This document shows, piece after piece, positions 1 to 8,815 of a stretch of 20,000 nucleotides of DNA. This DNA comes from an uncultured virus (IMG/VR IMGVR_UViG_3300042564_007246) (lineage: Duplodnaviria; Heunggongvirae; Uroviricota; Caudoviricetes), in the IMG/VR virus record IMGVR_UViG_3300042564_007246, one strand, 5' to 3'. Made by a program: the position numbers and the translations under genes. Positions within the stretch are counted from its first letter, which is position 1. Every line of letters starts with the position of its first letter. The notes below the pieces were generated by a model. The model saw nothing but the letters and a program-made list of their open reading frames with translations, made no database searches and was not told the origin of the DNA.

Positions 1-4
1 ATAT

Positions 5-538
5 ATGGAAGATATTCACCGTATTGATTTATCTGAATACGAAGATAAATTAAAAGCATTAGAAAATTTACAAGACGGTGAGTTGATACTAAAGTTTGCA
101 ATTCCTGGTAGACCTTCAACCAAAAAAACTTCACAAAGGGTAGTAAGACGAGGTGGTTTTACTAAAATTTTACCTTCTATTTTGTATGAAAAATATGAAA
201 AGCATTGTAAAACATTTTGTGAAGATGCATGGAAAAATCATAATCTTCCACCTATTGATTGTGGTATCGCAATCAAAATTAAAGTTTATTTAGATTCTTG
301 GATTGTTGGTGATGAATGCGGTTATCAACAAGCGCATGGAGACATAATTCAGGCTCATGGAGTCATAGAAAACGATATGTGGATTCATTGGGTTGATAAA
401 AATGAAAACATGATTTTTTATGATAAGGAAAATCCAAGAATTGAAATTGAAATATGTAGGCACAGACATGCCAAGGAAACTTTTAGGGAAGATCAAAGAA
501 TAAAGGAAGCAAAGAAGCTTGCAAAAATAAAAAAATGA
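5..538 (+). CDS. RusA-like Holliday junction resolvase (atypical)
   Basis: IPGRPSTKKTSQR N-terminal motif; D...DII...GVIEND and ENPRIEIEI segments typical of RusA-family phage proteins. The canonical DxDNxxK is replaced by DECGYQQ. Confidence 0.65.
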   Translation: MEDIHRIDLSEYEDKLKALENLQDGELILKFAIPGRPSTKKTSQRVVRRGGFTKILPSILYEKYEKHCKTFCEDAWKNHNLPPIDCGIAIKIKVYLDSWIVGDECGYQQAHGDIIQAHGVIENDMWIHWVDKNENMIFYDKENPRIEIEICRHRHAKETFREDQRIKEAKKLAKIKK

Positions 539-1035
539 AATGGTATGTTTATATTGCTAGAGATGATGAAGATATTGTCGAAGGCATTTGTAATGATTTG
601 ATAGCTGAAGATAATTTATTAAATTATGAAAATGATTGGGCTACAAATTATAAGATTGTATGGTTTCTAGAAACAAAAAATAAAATAGATGCACTTTCAA
701 AGTTGAAGTCTATATCTATCCTGTCTCTGGAGCAAAAATTAGATTTAATATCTGAATCTAAAAAAATAATTATCATGTCTGAAAATCATGACATTGATAA
801 AGAAAAATATCCCTTAGTGGTAAATTTAAAATGTACATTGGAAATTATCAATTTCTTCAATGAACTTCCAGAGCTTTGGAAACTTAATGATTTGTATCTT
901 GAAAATGTAGCTGAATATCTAGCTATAAGAAGAAGTCAAGTTATCAATGTGAAACTTTGGGATATTTCAATTGATTCATCCAAGTATGTTGGAATTATCA
1001 CCAAAGAAAAATTTTATCCTATTATTAAATACTAA
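535..1035 (+). CDS. Degenerate GIY-YIG (YhbQ/YazA-like) domain protein
   Basis: WYVYIAR...GICNDL and IVWFLE...KIDALS...LSLEQKLDLI follow the small GIY-YIG pattern. ATGA overlap with the upstream gene. Confidence 0.55.
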   Translation: MKWYVYIARDDEDIVEGICNDLIAEDNLLNYENDWATNYKIVWFLETKNKIDALSKLKSISILSLEQKLDLISESKKIIIMSENHDIDKEKYPLVVNLKCTLEIINFFNELPELWKLNDLYLENVAEYLAIRRSQVINVKLWDISIDSSKYVGIITKEKFYPIIKY

Positions 1036-1057
1036 AAGCGGACCGAAGTCCGCTTCT
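1034..1057. terminator. Intrinsic terminator between convergent genes (cUUCGg loop plus U run on minus strand)
   Basis: AAGCGGAC-CGAA-GTCCGCTT at 1036-1055; the minus strand reads CTTCGG loop followed by TTTT. Confidence 0.85.
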
Positions 1058-1079
1058 AATATTTTGAGTTTTATGACAA

Positions 1080-1406
1080 CTAAGCTGGAACAATAAAGTG
1101 TGGCTCAGTGTCAGAGATGGAAAATTCACCCTTAACACCAAGAGGCTCAATCAGATCCTTCATTCGCTCTTGAAGTGCAACAGTGTTCTCATTCAAGGAA
1201 TCATTGATTAGATTCAAGCGCTCTTGTGCCTGTTGAAGCTGTGCTGCATACTGCTGCGCAACATTGACAAACTCAAGAACATCAGCCTTCTGAGCCTTCA
1301 ACTCAAGAATTGACTGACGCATAGCTACTAACTCAAGATAATCCTCATGAGAAATTGTTGGGTTGTCTCCACCCTCAACCTCTGATACTACGTTCTCTTC
1401 ACTCAT
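1080..1406 (-). CDS. Hypothetical coiled-coil protein, probably highly expressed
   Basis: 108 aa with a Q/E/L/A-rich helical core; consensus promoter, GAGGT RBS and its own terminator. Confidence 0.8.
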   Translation of the reverse strand: MSEENVVSEVEGGDNPTISHEDYLELVAMRQSILELKAQKADVLEFVNVAQQYAAQLQQAQERLNLINDSLNENTVALQERMKDLIEPLGVKGEFSISDTEPHFIVPA

Positions 1407-1443
1407 TTTTTGGTTAACCTCTAATGATCATTTGATCTGTTTT

Positions 1444-1472
1444 ATGATACCCACAAAATATCATATTGTCAA
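1444..1472 (-). promoter_or_regulatory. Sigma70-type promoter TTGACA-N17-TATCAT
   Basis: Plus-strand TGTCAA at 1467-1472 and ATGATA at 1444-1449; 17-bp spacer. Confidence 0.8.
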
Positions 1473-1475
1473 TTG

Positions 1476-1504
1476 TTGACTATGCTTTTCATCCGTGGTA
1501 TATT
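1476..1504 (+). promoter_or_regulatory. Sigma70-type promoter TTGACT-N17-TATATT with extended -10 TG
   Basis: TTGACT at 1476-1481, TGG-TATATT at 1496-1504; AAGGA RBS before ATG 1539. Confidence 0.75.
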
Positions 1505-1538
1505 TCAAATGTATTTATACAACAAATAAGGATATCAA

Positions 1539-2225
1539 ATGAAAGAAGTTACAATTGCACCATCTGATTTTGCTTTTTTATATAGCGAATCTCCATGGGC
1601 TTTTCATCAGAAATATATCTCAGGCATCAGGAGACCACCATTAATTCTTCCTAAAATCTTTAACACAATTGATGGTGCAATCAAAGAATCTTATGCTGAC
1701 GAAGATTTTTCTAAAATATCTAAATACTTGCCCCAAGCTACTCTACGCACATCTTCAAAATGGGTAAAGTCCAAACCTATCGTCAATCCTCAATACGATA
1801 TTTCTGTTCAAATTATTGGCAAGATTGATGGTTATCTTGAATATCCTGATGGCAATGTATCTATTGTTGATTTCAAAACAAGTGAGATAAATGAAGAATT
1901 TGCACAAAAGTATAACTTGCAACTTCACTCATATTGCTATTCTGTGATAAATCCTGACAATAGTAATTGTTTGCATCTTGAAAATGTTACCGATCCTGGT
2001 TTATTAATTTTTGAACCTAAAAAGTTTATGATTGATCATGATTGTAAAGCTGGACTTAAGGGTAACTTGAAATGGATGTCTTTTAAACTTGATATTGATT
2101 TTTTCACGAATTTTATCAAGAATGAAGTGATTCCTTTATTAGCTGGTCCAGAACCAAAACCACCTGTAGAAGATCCATACTGGAAGTATTTACAACAATT
2201 TGGATTTGAGTACGAACAGGAATAA
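1539..2225 (+). CDS. PD-(D/E)XK nuclease (RecB/Cas4-like exonuclease family)
   Basis: GKIDG...IVDFKTS and QLHSY (QxxxY) motifs. Confidence 0.85.
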   Translation: MKEVTIAPSDFAFLYSESPWAFHQKYISGIRRPPLILPKIFNTIDGAIKESYADEDFSKISKYLPQATLRTSSKWVKSKPIVNPQYDISVQIIGKIDGYLEYPDGNVSIVDFKTSEINEEFAQKYNLQLHSYCYSVINPDNSNCLHLENVTDPGLLIFEPKKFMIDHDCKAGLKGNLKWMSFKLDIDFFTNFIKNEVIPLLAGPEPKPPVEDPYWKYLQQFGFEYEQE

Positions 2226-2275
2226 ACAATCTAGTATAAGAAGAAGACATTGAATATCTCAAAATGGAGTGAAGA

Positions 2276-3295
2276 ATGTCTTCTTTTTTATTTGATCTGA
2301 TCAACAAAGCAAAACAACTTGATATCGAAGGTAACTATGTCGAAGCTGACAGAGTGTATTTATCAATGCAAAAGATTGCACAAGCACCCACTGACCCTGT
2401 AGATTCAAGTTTTTCAGGAACAGCTCAAGATTCAATGCAACAAGCAACAGAATGGTTTGCAGGAAGCGAGTTAGACAGAAGACATAAAGCTAACAATATA
2501 TTAAATGCCATAATTAATTCATTATTTCGAATTGAATCTAAGCGCTCATATTCAGTAGGCAATATTTTTACTGGTGCTTCGTATGAAGTCTTTGAATTGT
2601 CAGAAGAGAATCTAAAGAAATTTAAAGATATAAGGAATGAACTTATTAGAATAAGACAAACTTATCGTGATAAATCAATTCCACCTAGAAAAGAATATGA
2701 TTACAAAATTATTGATATAGCAGCTGAAGAAACTTTAAATAATCGCATTGATCAGATTGCTACATACTGTGATGCTATAAATTCGTTAATCAATCATATT
2801 GATGGGCTTACTGCAAAAGATTTGGGATCAGCTAATTTAAATGCTGAACTTAAAATGATTAAAATTAAACTGGCTGAAATAAAAGATCCTACAAAAAAAT
2901 TCAGTCCAGAATTAATAAATCAAACTCGACAAAATATACATAATACAAGAAATACTGGATTTACTGACAAACCTACAGTTGGTCAACCATTCAAAGAGCC
3001 TAGTTCATGGAAAGAAAAAAGAATGCCTGATGCTGCACCTGATATCTTTGGTGCGACAGTTAGTGGGAGCAAGGCAGCAATTAACTCAGGTGTTGATAAA
3101 TTAAATAATACTGATGATTCTCAATTTTTAAATATTTACCAAGGTGAAATTGAAACGATTGAAAATGCATTTATTGCCAATGAAGGCAAATTAACAGGGC
3201 AAGAAAAAGCAAAATATCAAAGAGAGATGAAGAGTTTAGAAGATAGATATTATACTCTTCTATACAAAGATAAAGAAAAACCATTCGTAGATTAG
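2276..3295 (+). CDS. Hypothetical helical protein with N-terminal LD-x4-Y-x2-A...KIAQ motif
   Basis: 339-aa ORF with GGAG RBS; N-terminus is shared with ORF 8210-8575. Confidence 0.75.
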   Translation: MSSFLFDLINKAKQLDIEGNYVEADRVYLSMQKIAQAPTDPVDSSFSGTAQDSMQQATEWFAGSELDRRHKANNILNAIINSLFRIESKRSYSVGNIFTGASYEVFELSEENLKKFKDIRNELIRIRQTYRDKSIPPRKEYDYKIIDIAAEETLNNRIDQIATYCDAINSLINHIDGLTAKDLGSANLNAELKMIKIKLAEIKDPTKKFSPELINQTRQNIHNTRNTGFTDKPTVGQPFKEPSSWKEKRMPDAAPDIFGATVSGSKAAINSGVDKLNNTDDSQFLNIYQGEIETIENAFIANEGKLTGQEKAKYQREMKSLEDRYYTLLYKDKEKPFVD

Positions 3296-3354
3296 GGGCA
3301 TATTATGCCTTCTCAAGTTGACAATATATATGACAGATCTCTTAGTGATGATTA

Positions 3355-3930
3355 ATGCTTCTAGATGTAGAAATAAATAAATTATATAATTACGATTTTT
3401 ATGGATGTATAGACAAAAAAGAAAAACTTCTTAATTCCTTAAAATCTTTAGATCTTGAACTTGAATCTTTTGGTGTTTTCAATTTGATTGACCAAAAGAT
3501 TTCTTCTTTTAATATTCAAAACAATAATATCCAAAATATTAATAAGTTTAATATTGATGGTGTTCTTATAGAATCTAACAATTGGTTACATTCTCAACTT
3601 GATTCATTATTACACTCAAAATATTCCAGACAAAGTAGATATTTATTTAATAATGGTAGTGTGACACCAGAACTTCCAGCTCATTACAAATTTGATCAAT
3701 TAATTGCTGCTAAATTAGGCTATAAGAGCGATAATTCTTTATTCGTACCCATTTGGTCTAACACTATAAGAATATCTAAAAATACTGCAGAATTGATTTA
3801 TTTTCCAACACCTGAACAAACAAAAACTCTTTTGTCTTTGAACATAAATAATTATATAGTCAAAAATATACATGTTCGGGATGTCTTTGACGAATTAGTT
3901 GATAAATTGCCAGCTTTCCATTCATCTTGA
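3355..3930 (+). CDS. Hypothetical protein
   Basis: 191-aa ORF co-oriented with its neighbours; no motif recognised. Confidence 0.7.
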   Translation: MLLDVEINKLYNYDFYGCIDKKEKLLNSLKSLDLELESFGVFNLIDQKISSFNIQNNNIQNINKFNIDGVLIESNNWLHSQLDSLLHSKYSRQSRYLFNNGSVTPELPAHYKFDQLIAAKLGYKSDNSLFVPIWSNTIRISKNTAELIYFPTPEQTKTLLSLNINNYIVKNIHVRDVFDELVDKLPAFHSS

Positions 3931-3949
3931 TTTTTTGTATAATGTTTGC

Positions 3950-4735
3950 ATGGATATTAATTTTGGAGATGTTTTTGAACAAGAAAAGAAGTGGAAAAGC
4001 GCTCAACCTTATCATCATGTCGTAATAGACAATTTTCTTCCTATAGACATTGCTAATAAAGTTGCCCAGGAATTCCCTGATGTAAATAGTGATTTTTGGT
4101 ACGAGTATGCTAATCCATTAGAGATCAAGAAGGCATGCTCTGATTGGAATAAGTTTCCACCATCAATCTATCAAGTTTTCACTGCTTTGATGAATAGACA
4201 AGTGGTTGATGTTTTGTCTTTTTTCACTGGAAAAAACTTGATGGCAGATTCTGGTTTACATGGTGGTGGACTTCATTGCCACAAGGATGGAGGAAAGCTA
4301 AATACACATTTAGATTATTCTATTCATCCAAAAATCAACATGCAGCGCAAAGTAAACATTATTGTCTATGTAACTAAAGATTGGGATCCAGCATGGGATG
4401 GAGCATTAGGGCTGTGGGATAACGACAATTCTGATGGTGTTGACAAACCTGGCAATCTTGTTCAAAAAATAGAGTGCAAGTTTAACAGAGCTATAATCTT
4501 TGACACAACAATGCATTCTTGGCATGGTTTACCAGACCCAGTACTTTGCCCTGAGGGTAAATCCAGAAATTCTTTAGCAACATATTACTTGTGCGATCCA
4601 CCACAAGATGTTGATCCAAGAGGTAAAGCTCTTTATGCTCCTAGTGAGGATCAGAAAGGTGATTCTCATATTGAAGAGTTGATTCGTAAGCGAGCTAATC
4701 TACAAACATTCTCAGAGGTTTATAAAACAAAATAA
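3950..4735 (+). CDS. 2OG-Fe(II) oxygenase (prolyl-4-hydroxylase-like, 2OG-FeII_Oxy_3 type)
   Basis: HLD (HxD), SWHG and RNSLATYY (RxS) motifs; GGGLH and FNRAIIF. Start placed at ATG 3950, 6 nt after TATAAT. Confidence 0.9.
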   Translation: MDINFGDVFEQEKKWKSAQPYHHVVIDNFLPIDIANKVAQEFPDVNSDFWYEYANPLEIKKACSDWNKFPPSIYQVFTALMNRQVVDVLSFFTGKNLMADSGLHGGGLHCHKDGGKLNTHLDYSIHPKINMQRKVNIIVYVTKDWDPAWDGALGLWDNDNSDGVDKPGNLVQKIECKFNRAIIFDTTMHSWHGLPDPVLCPEGKSRNSLATYYLCDPPQDVDPRGKALYAPSEDQKGDSHIEELIRKRANLQTFSEVYKTK

Positions 4736-5448
4736 TGGCAACTTTAGATATTATTATGACTGGTTTCACAGGAAGTGATGAAATCAGAGAAATGACAGAA
4801 AGATCTATTAGATCATTGCGTGAATCTGAAGGTTCAGAAGATTTCAATATCATTTTCTTAGAATCAAATCAAGAATCAACTCACAAGTATAATGTTGATC
4901 ATCAGATTCATCCAGATTTTCCATATCATTGTAATAAGTATTACAACATTGGAATTCAATATGCAACTTCTGATTTTACAGGTATTGTAAACAATGACAC
5001 TTATTTTTACAAAAACTGGTGGACAAAAATGCATGCTGCAATGGAAAAGCATTCTCTAGATTCAGCATCTCCAAGAAGTCCAGTTGAGCAGTTTGGTCTT
5101 ATTGCACAATGCGAAATGAAACATAGATTTACACCTCCAACTAGAGTGGTAGAAGGTTTTCTTGCTGCATATACTTTTTGCGGTTGGTGTTGGGTAATCC
5201 GAAAAGAAGTAAGAGAATGGCTTTTCCCAGTTGATGAGCAATTTTCATTCTACTATAATGACAATGATGTTGCGATGCATCTTAAGGATCATGGATGCAA
5301 GCATGCACTAGTTGCTGGTTCATTGGTTGAGCATTATGGACAAAGATCACACAAGGCATTGCATGATCGTGGCGAATACTACAAGCATACTTTTGGGTTA
5401 GAAAAGAACTTTGTTGATAAGTGGAAACACATTTTCGACAAGCTATAA
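4735..5448 (+). CDS. Glycosyltransferase family 2 (GT-A)
   Basis: YNIGI...IVNND (DxD equivalent), GWCWVIR, DEQF..YYNDND, VEHYG; TAATG coupling to the oxygenase. Confidence 0.85.
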   Translation: MATLDIIMTGFTGSDEIREMTERSIRSLRESEGSEDFNIIFLESNQESTHKYNVDHQIHPDFPYHCNKYYNIGIQYATSDFTGIVNNDTYFYKNWWTKMHAAMEKHSLDSASPRSPVEQFGLIAQCEMKHRFTPPTRVVEGFLAAYTFCGWCWVIRKEVREWLFPVDEQFSFYYNDNDVAMHLKDHGCKHALVAGSLVEHYGQRSHKALHDRGEYYKHTFGLEKNFVDKWKHIFDKL

Positions 5449-5474
5449 AAAAACCCCCTTTTCAGGGGGTTTTT
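5447..5474. terminator. Bidirectional intrinsic terminator
   Basis: AAAAACCCCCT-TTTC-AGGGGGTTTTT between convergent genes. Confidence 0.9.
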
Positions 5475-5476
5475 CT

Positions 5477-6382
5477 TTACCAGGTTGGTTTACTCAAATC
5501 AGATAAGAAGTATTCAGCTACACCCTTTGTAGTGTTGTATTTCATAAAGTGAGCAACAATCTCACTTTGGTAATATTCATATTCTCTGTCCAAATATTTA
5601 GGTTCATTTCGGAAGAAGAATTCAATCTTTGTCATCAAAGCTTTAGGCGCTCTTGTCATAACAAATCTTGGGCTGTTAGCAATGTTCAAGAAAATTGGAA
5701 CACATCCATTTCCAATAATTTCCCAATGACGAAGACAATCCCAACCTGCCTTTGACATTGTAAATGCATATTTGGAAACTTGATAATCTTGGTAATAAGG
5801 TGCTTCGTCCTTGAAAACATATGTTTTTCGATCTCTAGGATCAACATGTGCCATTCTCTTTTCCTTCTTTGTGTCAGTGACAACATTGAAAGTTGGAAAA
5901 CCAAAACCAATTTGATTTACTTTGCCGAAGAACTGCTGATATTCGCCGTTATTTTCCCAGATACATTCACGCTTAAAATAACGAGCGCCTTCTCTGATCA
6001 GGGGATGGAACTTAGTGTTGTCTTCACCATCTACAAAAACAACCTTTTCCTTATCATAATGCTCTAAAACTGTTTCTAAATAATCCTGACATCGCCATAC
6101 ACTTCCGTATACAACATAGTCGAAGTATTTGTTTTTGATTTTCTTTACAATATCTTCACGATCTGTATCATCAGGATCTAAAGTTCGAGTTACAGTAAAT
6201 CCTTTACCATATTGATTTCGAGCTTCTTCATAAGGAAAATCCTTGTAAATATGGATTCTTGGGTTTACATCAACTACATCTGCGCCAAAAAGTTCTTTCA
6301 ATCCGATAAACAAACAGTCATCCTGGTAATCAACCATGTCAATTGGCTTACCAGCCTTTTTTGATATATAGAGAATTTTCAT
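5477..6382 (-). CDS. GT-B-fold glycosyltransferase-like protein
   Basis: C-terminal YYQDYQVSKYAF...GWDCLRHWEIIGNGCVPIF (exostosin/GT-B-like signature); VDGED; TATAAT promoter and GAGGT RBS. Confidence 0.7.
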   Translation of the reverse strand: MKILYISKKAGKPIDMVDYQDDCLFIGLKELFGADVVDVNPRIHIYKDFPYEEARNQYGKGFTVTRTLDPDDTDREDIVKKIKNKYFDYVVYGSVWRCQDYLETVLEHYDKEKVVFVDGEDNTKFHPLIREGARYFKRECIWENNGEYQQFFGKVNQIGFGFPTFNVVTDTKKEKRMAHVDPRDRKTYVFKDEAPYYQDYQVSKYAFTMSKAGWDCLRHWEIIGNGCVPIFLNIANSPRFVMTRAPKALMTKIEFFFRNEPKYLDREYEYYQSEIVAHFMKYNTTKGVAEYFLSDLSKPTW

Positions 6383-6427
6383 AAATTACCTCACACCTAT
6401 TATACATTTTTTTTGTACAATTAGAGT

Positions 6428-7117
6428 ATGAAAAATGTCGATTTAGATGTTGTTATCACCACAAATTCAAAAAATAGTGATCTTTGGACCATGACTCACA
6501 ATGCTATAAAGTCTTTGAGAAATTGTATTGGTGGAGAAAATTTCAACATAATAGTTGTTGAAACAAACACTAATGCTGAAGAATTTCCAGAAGCTGATGT
6601 TACAGTCAAACCAAATGAACCATTCCAAATAAATAAATTTTACAATTTAGGAGCTGATCATTGTCAAGGCGATTATTTACTAGTAACAAACAATGATGTT
6701 TTGTATGATGAGAATTGGTGGGTTCATATGAAAAAATCATTCATTGACAATAGTCTTGATACCGCATGTCCACAAGTGACAAATGAACAACCAGACATTT
6801 ACAATAAATGGTTCAAACAAAAAAATACATTTAAAAATCTTGAAGGATACGAATGGTTCTTTGGGCAGGCATGGCTAATTACCAAAGATGTCAAAGATTG
6901 GTTATTTCCATTAGATGAAAATATTCATTTTTATTTTAATGATGACGATATGGTAATGAGATTAAAAGAAAAAAATTGCAAACATCAGCTTGTTTACAAA
7001 TCAAAAATGCAACATTTCCAAGCTAAATCACACCACATTCTTAAAGAAGAGGGAAGATACCAGCAAGTTACCTGGGGAACAAAACAATATTTTGATTCAA
7101 AATGGAACAAGTCCTAA
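6428..7117 (+). CDS. Glycosyltransferase family 2, paralogue of 4735-5448
   Basis: YNLGA...VTNNDV, GQAWLI, DENIHFYFNDDD; collinear similarity with the 4735-5448 product. Confidence 0.85.
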   Translation: MKNVDLDVVITTNSKNSDLWTMTHNAIKSLRNCIGGENFNIIVVETNTNAEEFPEADVTVKPNEPFQINKFYNLGADHCQGDYLLVTNNDVLYDENWWVHMKKSFIDNSLDTACPQVTNEQPDIYNKWFKQKNTFKNLEGYEWFFGQAWLITKDVKDWLFPLDENIHFYFNDDDMVMRLKEKNCKHQLVYKSKMQHFQAKSHHILKEEGRYQQVTWGTKQYFDSKWNKS

Positions 7118-7680
7118 TAATCTAAAATTGAATAACAAATATCAACTTCATAGTCTTGGCAATGATCTACAAGTTTGTCCAATACATGAAGTTGATTCAG
7201 TACATTTTTATTCACAAAGTTTATATCGTCTGTAAAAGTCAACTTTTCTTTTGCGCTATTTATTTTATTTCTTAATGATGCTGGAAAAATGACACCTTCT
7301 TTTTTGAGATCCAAAATAAAAAGTATTGGATGAATAAAATCTTCGCAAACTTCTACTTTCAAATCAGAGCTATTAATGTCACATGAAAATAATTGAAATT
7401 CATACGTTGTGTAGTCCAAATCAAAAATGACATAACCTTTGCAATGGTCATGGTCAAAGTTCTTTTCAAATTTGAAGCCATTTTCTTCAAGTAATCTTTC
7501 CCATTCTTTTATTGTTCTTCGATTATTTACTTCAATATTATCTGATAATAAAACACTAGAAATAGAGTTGAATTTTGCTGGTTTTATTAATTGTGCTTTC
7601 CATAATATTGTTCCAGAAGAAACATTTGATGATTTAAGATCTAATATTGCTGGCTTGAATAATAAATATTTGTAGTTCAT
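7114..7680 (-). CDS. Hypothetical protein
   Basis: 188-aa ORF with TATAAT 8 nt upstream of the ATG. Confidence 0.7.
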   Translation of the reverse strand: MNYKYLLFKPAILDLKSSNVSSGTILWKAQLIKPAKFNSISSVLLSDNIEVNNRRTIKEWERLLEENGFKFEKNFDHDHCKGYVIFDLDYTTYEFQLFSCDINSSDLKVEVCEDFIHPILFILDLKKEGVIFPASLRNKINSAKEKLTFTDDINFVNKNVLNQLHVLDKLVDHCQDYEVDICYSILDY

Positions 7681-7702
7681 TTACTCTTATTATAAAAGAG
7701 TA

Positions 7703-8161
7703 TTAATCTATTTTGTAAGTTTCATCAAATTCTTGTCTGGCTATTCTGTAAACTTCACTAAAATTGGGACATGGAGATACAATCATGTCTCCAGTTTTCA
7801 AAACCATATTTCTACCCCAAGAAGCTACAAACTCCATATCGCTTCCTTGGTATACAGTCGCTCTCACTTTGCCCTTAGGTTTTAAGATATGTCCATTTTC
7901 AGTTTGATATAAAAAATCGTATCTCTGAATACACATTTCTTCTGTAACAATATATTCTTCTTGAGATTGAGTATTGAGATTTTTAAGCACAAAATCACCT
8001 TCTTTAGCATAGTTTGTTGTTTCTAAACCATCTGAAGTCCAAGTTTCTATAAACTCTCCAGATGCAGCTTTTCTAGCATAAACTAAAGAAGTCTTAGAAT
8101 ATATCTTTCCCTGAGATTCTATACAGGGGAAAAACATTTCATAGGCTTCTTTTTGGTTCAT
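7703..8161 (-). CDS. PGDYG-like protein with two internal repeats
   Basis: Two units: AKEGDFVL...EEYIV...QRY and LKTGDMIV...EVYRI...FDETY. Confidence 0.6.
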   Translation of the reverse strand: MNQKEAYEMFFPCIESQGKIYSKTSLVYARKAASGEFIETWTSDGLETTNYAKEGDFVLKNLNTQSQEEYIVTEEMCIQRYDFLYQTENGHILKPKGKVRATVYQGSDMEFVASWGRNMVLKTGDMIVSPCPNFSEVYRIARQEFDETYKID

Positions 8162-8209
8162 ACAGTATATATTCTAATAAGAAGATTCTATTTCTTATGA
8201 GGTTACATT

Positions 8210-8575
8210 GTGAATTCTAAATTATTATTTAAAATAATCAAAACAGCAAATGCATTAGACATTTTTGAAGAGTATGATGCAGCAAATTGTTTAACAAAAA
8301 TAGCTACTAAAATTGCTCAAATGGATTTAAAAGATGAAAATTCATTTTCAGAATGTGATAGCTTGATGTACGATCCTTTAATGACTAGATACAAAATGAT
8401 GCTTGAAGAAGACTCAAATAATATTGATCAGGAAATTGAACAAAAATTAATCATTAAAATAAACAATTGTTTATTTGGAACAAGATTAGATGGCAAAGGG
8501 GAATATGTTCTCAAGGATTTACTAAATGATAAATATGGAACAAAATACTCAACAATTTTAGAAAATATAGAATAA
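8210..8575 (+). CDS. Hypothetical protein with N-terminal LD-x4-Y-x2-A...KIAQ motif
   Basis: GTG start after GAGGT RBS; followed by a terminator. Confidence 0.75.
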   Translation: MNSKLLFKIIKTANALDIFEEYDAANCLTKIATKIAQMDLKDENSFSECDSLMYDPLMTRYKMMLEEDSNNIDQEIEQKLIIKINNCLFGTRLDGKGEYVLKDLLNDKYGTKYSTILENIE

Positions 8576-8576
8576 C

Positions 8577-8610
8577 AAAAAACCCTCGCATTGCGGGGGT
8601 TTTATTGTTT
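8577..8610 (+). terminator. Intrinsic terminator
   Basis: AAAACCCTCGC-ATT-GCGGGGGTTTT followed by T-rich sequence. Confidence 0.85.
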
Positions 8611-8640
8611 TAAATAGAATATTTCAAATAGAGGAAATCT

Positions 8641-8790
8641 ATGAAAAGTAAAATTTCTGCATTGGATATTATTGTTTGTTCAGTGGTTTTAGTAACAATG
8701 ATTTTGATATTTGTTCCTTTTTATTTGTATTCAAAAACAATGAATCATAAGCCAAATTATAATTACAAAAATTTGAAACTTCATAAATAA
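8641..8790 (+). CDS. Small single-pass membrane protein (49 aa, absent from the ORF track)
   Basis: GAGGA RBS; MKSKISALDIIVCSVVLVTMILIFVPFYLYSKTMNHKPNYNYKNLKLHK. Confidence 0.65.
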   Translation: MKSKISALDIIVCSVVLVTMILIFVPFYLYSKTMNHKPNYNYKNLKLHK

Positions 8791-8815
8791 AAAGACCCTG
8801 ATTATTCAGGGTCTT
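8789..8815 (-). terminator. Intrinsic terminator overlapping the stop of 8802-9365
   Basis: AAGACCCTGA-TTAT-TCAGGGTCTT with a T run on the minus strand. Confidence 0.7.

Noticed and set aside
3950..4735. TET/JBP DNA-base hydroxylase call
   Set aside because: The motif layout (GGGLH, HLDY, W.GAL.LW, FNRAIIF, SWHG) fits the P4H-like 2OG-FeII_Oxy_3 type instead.
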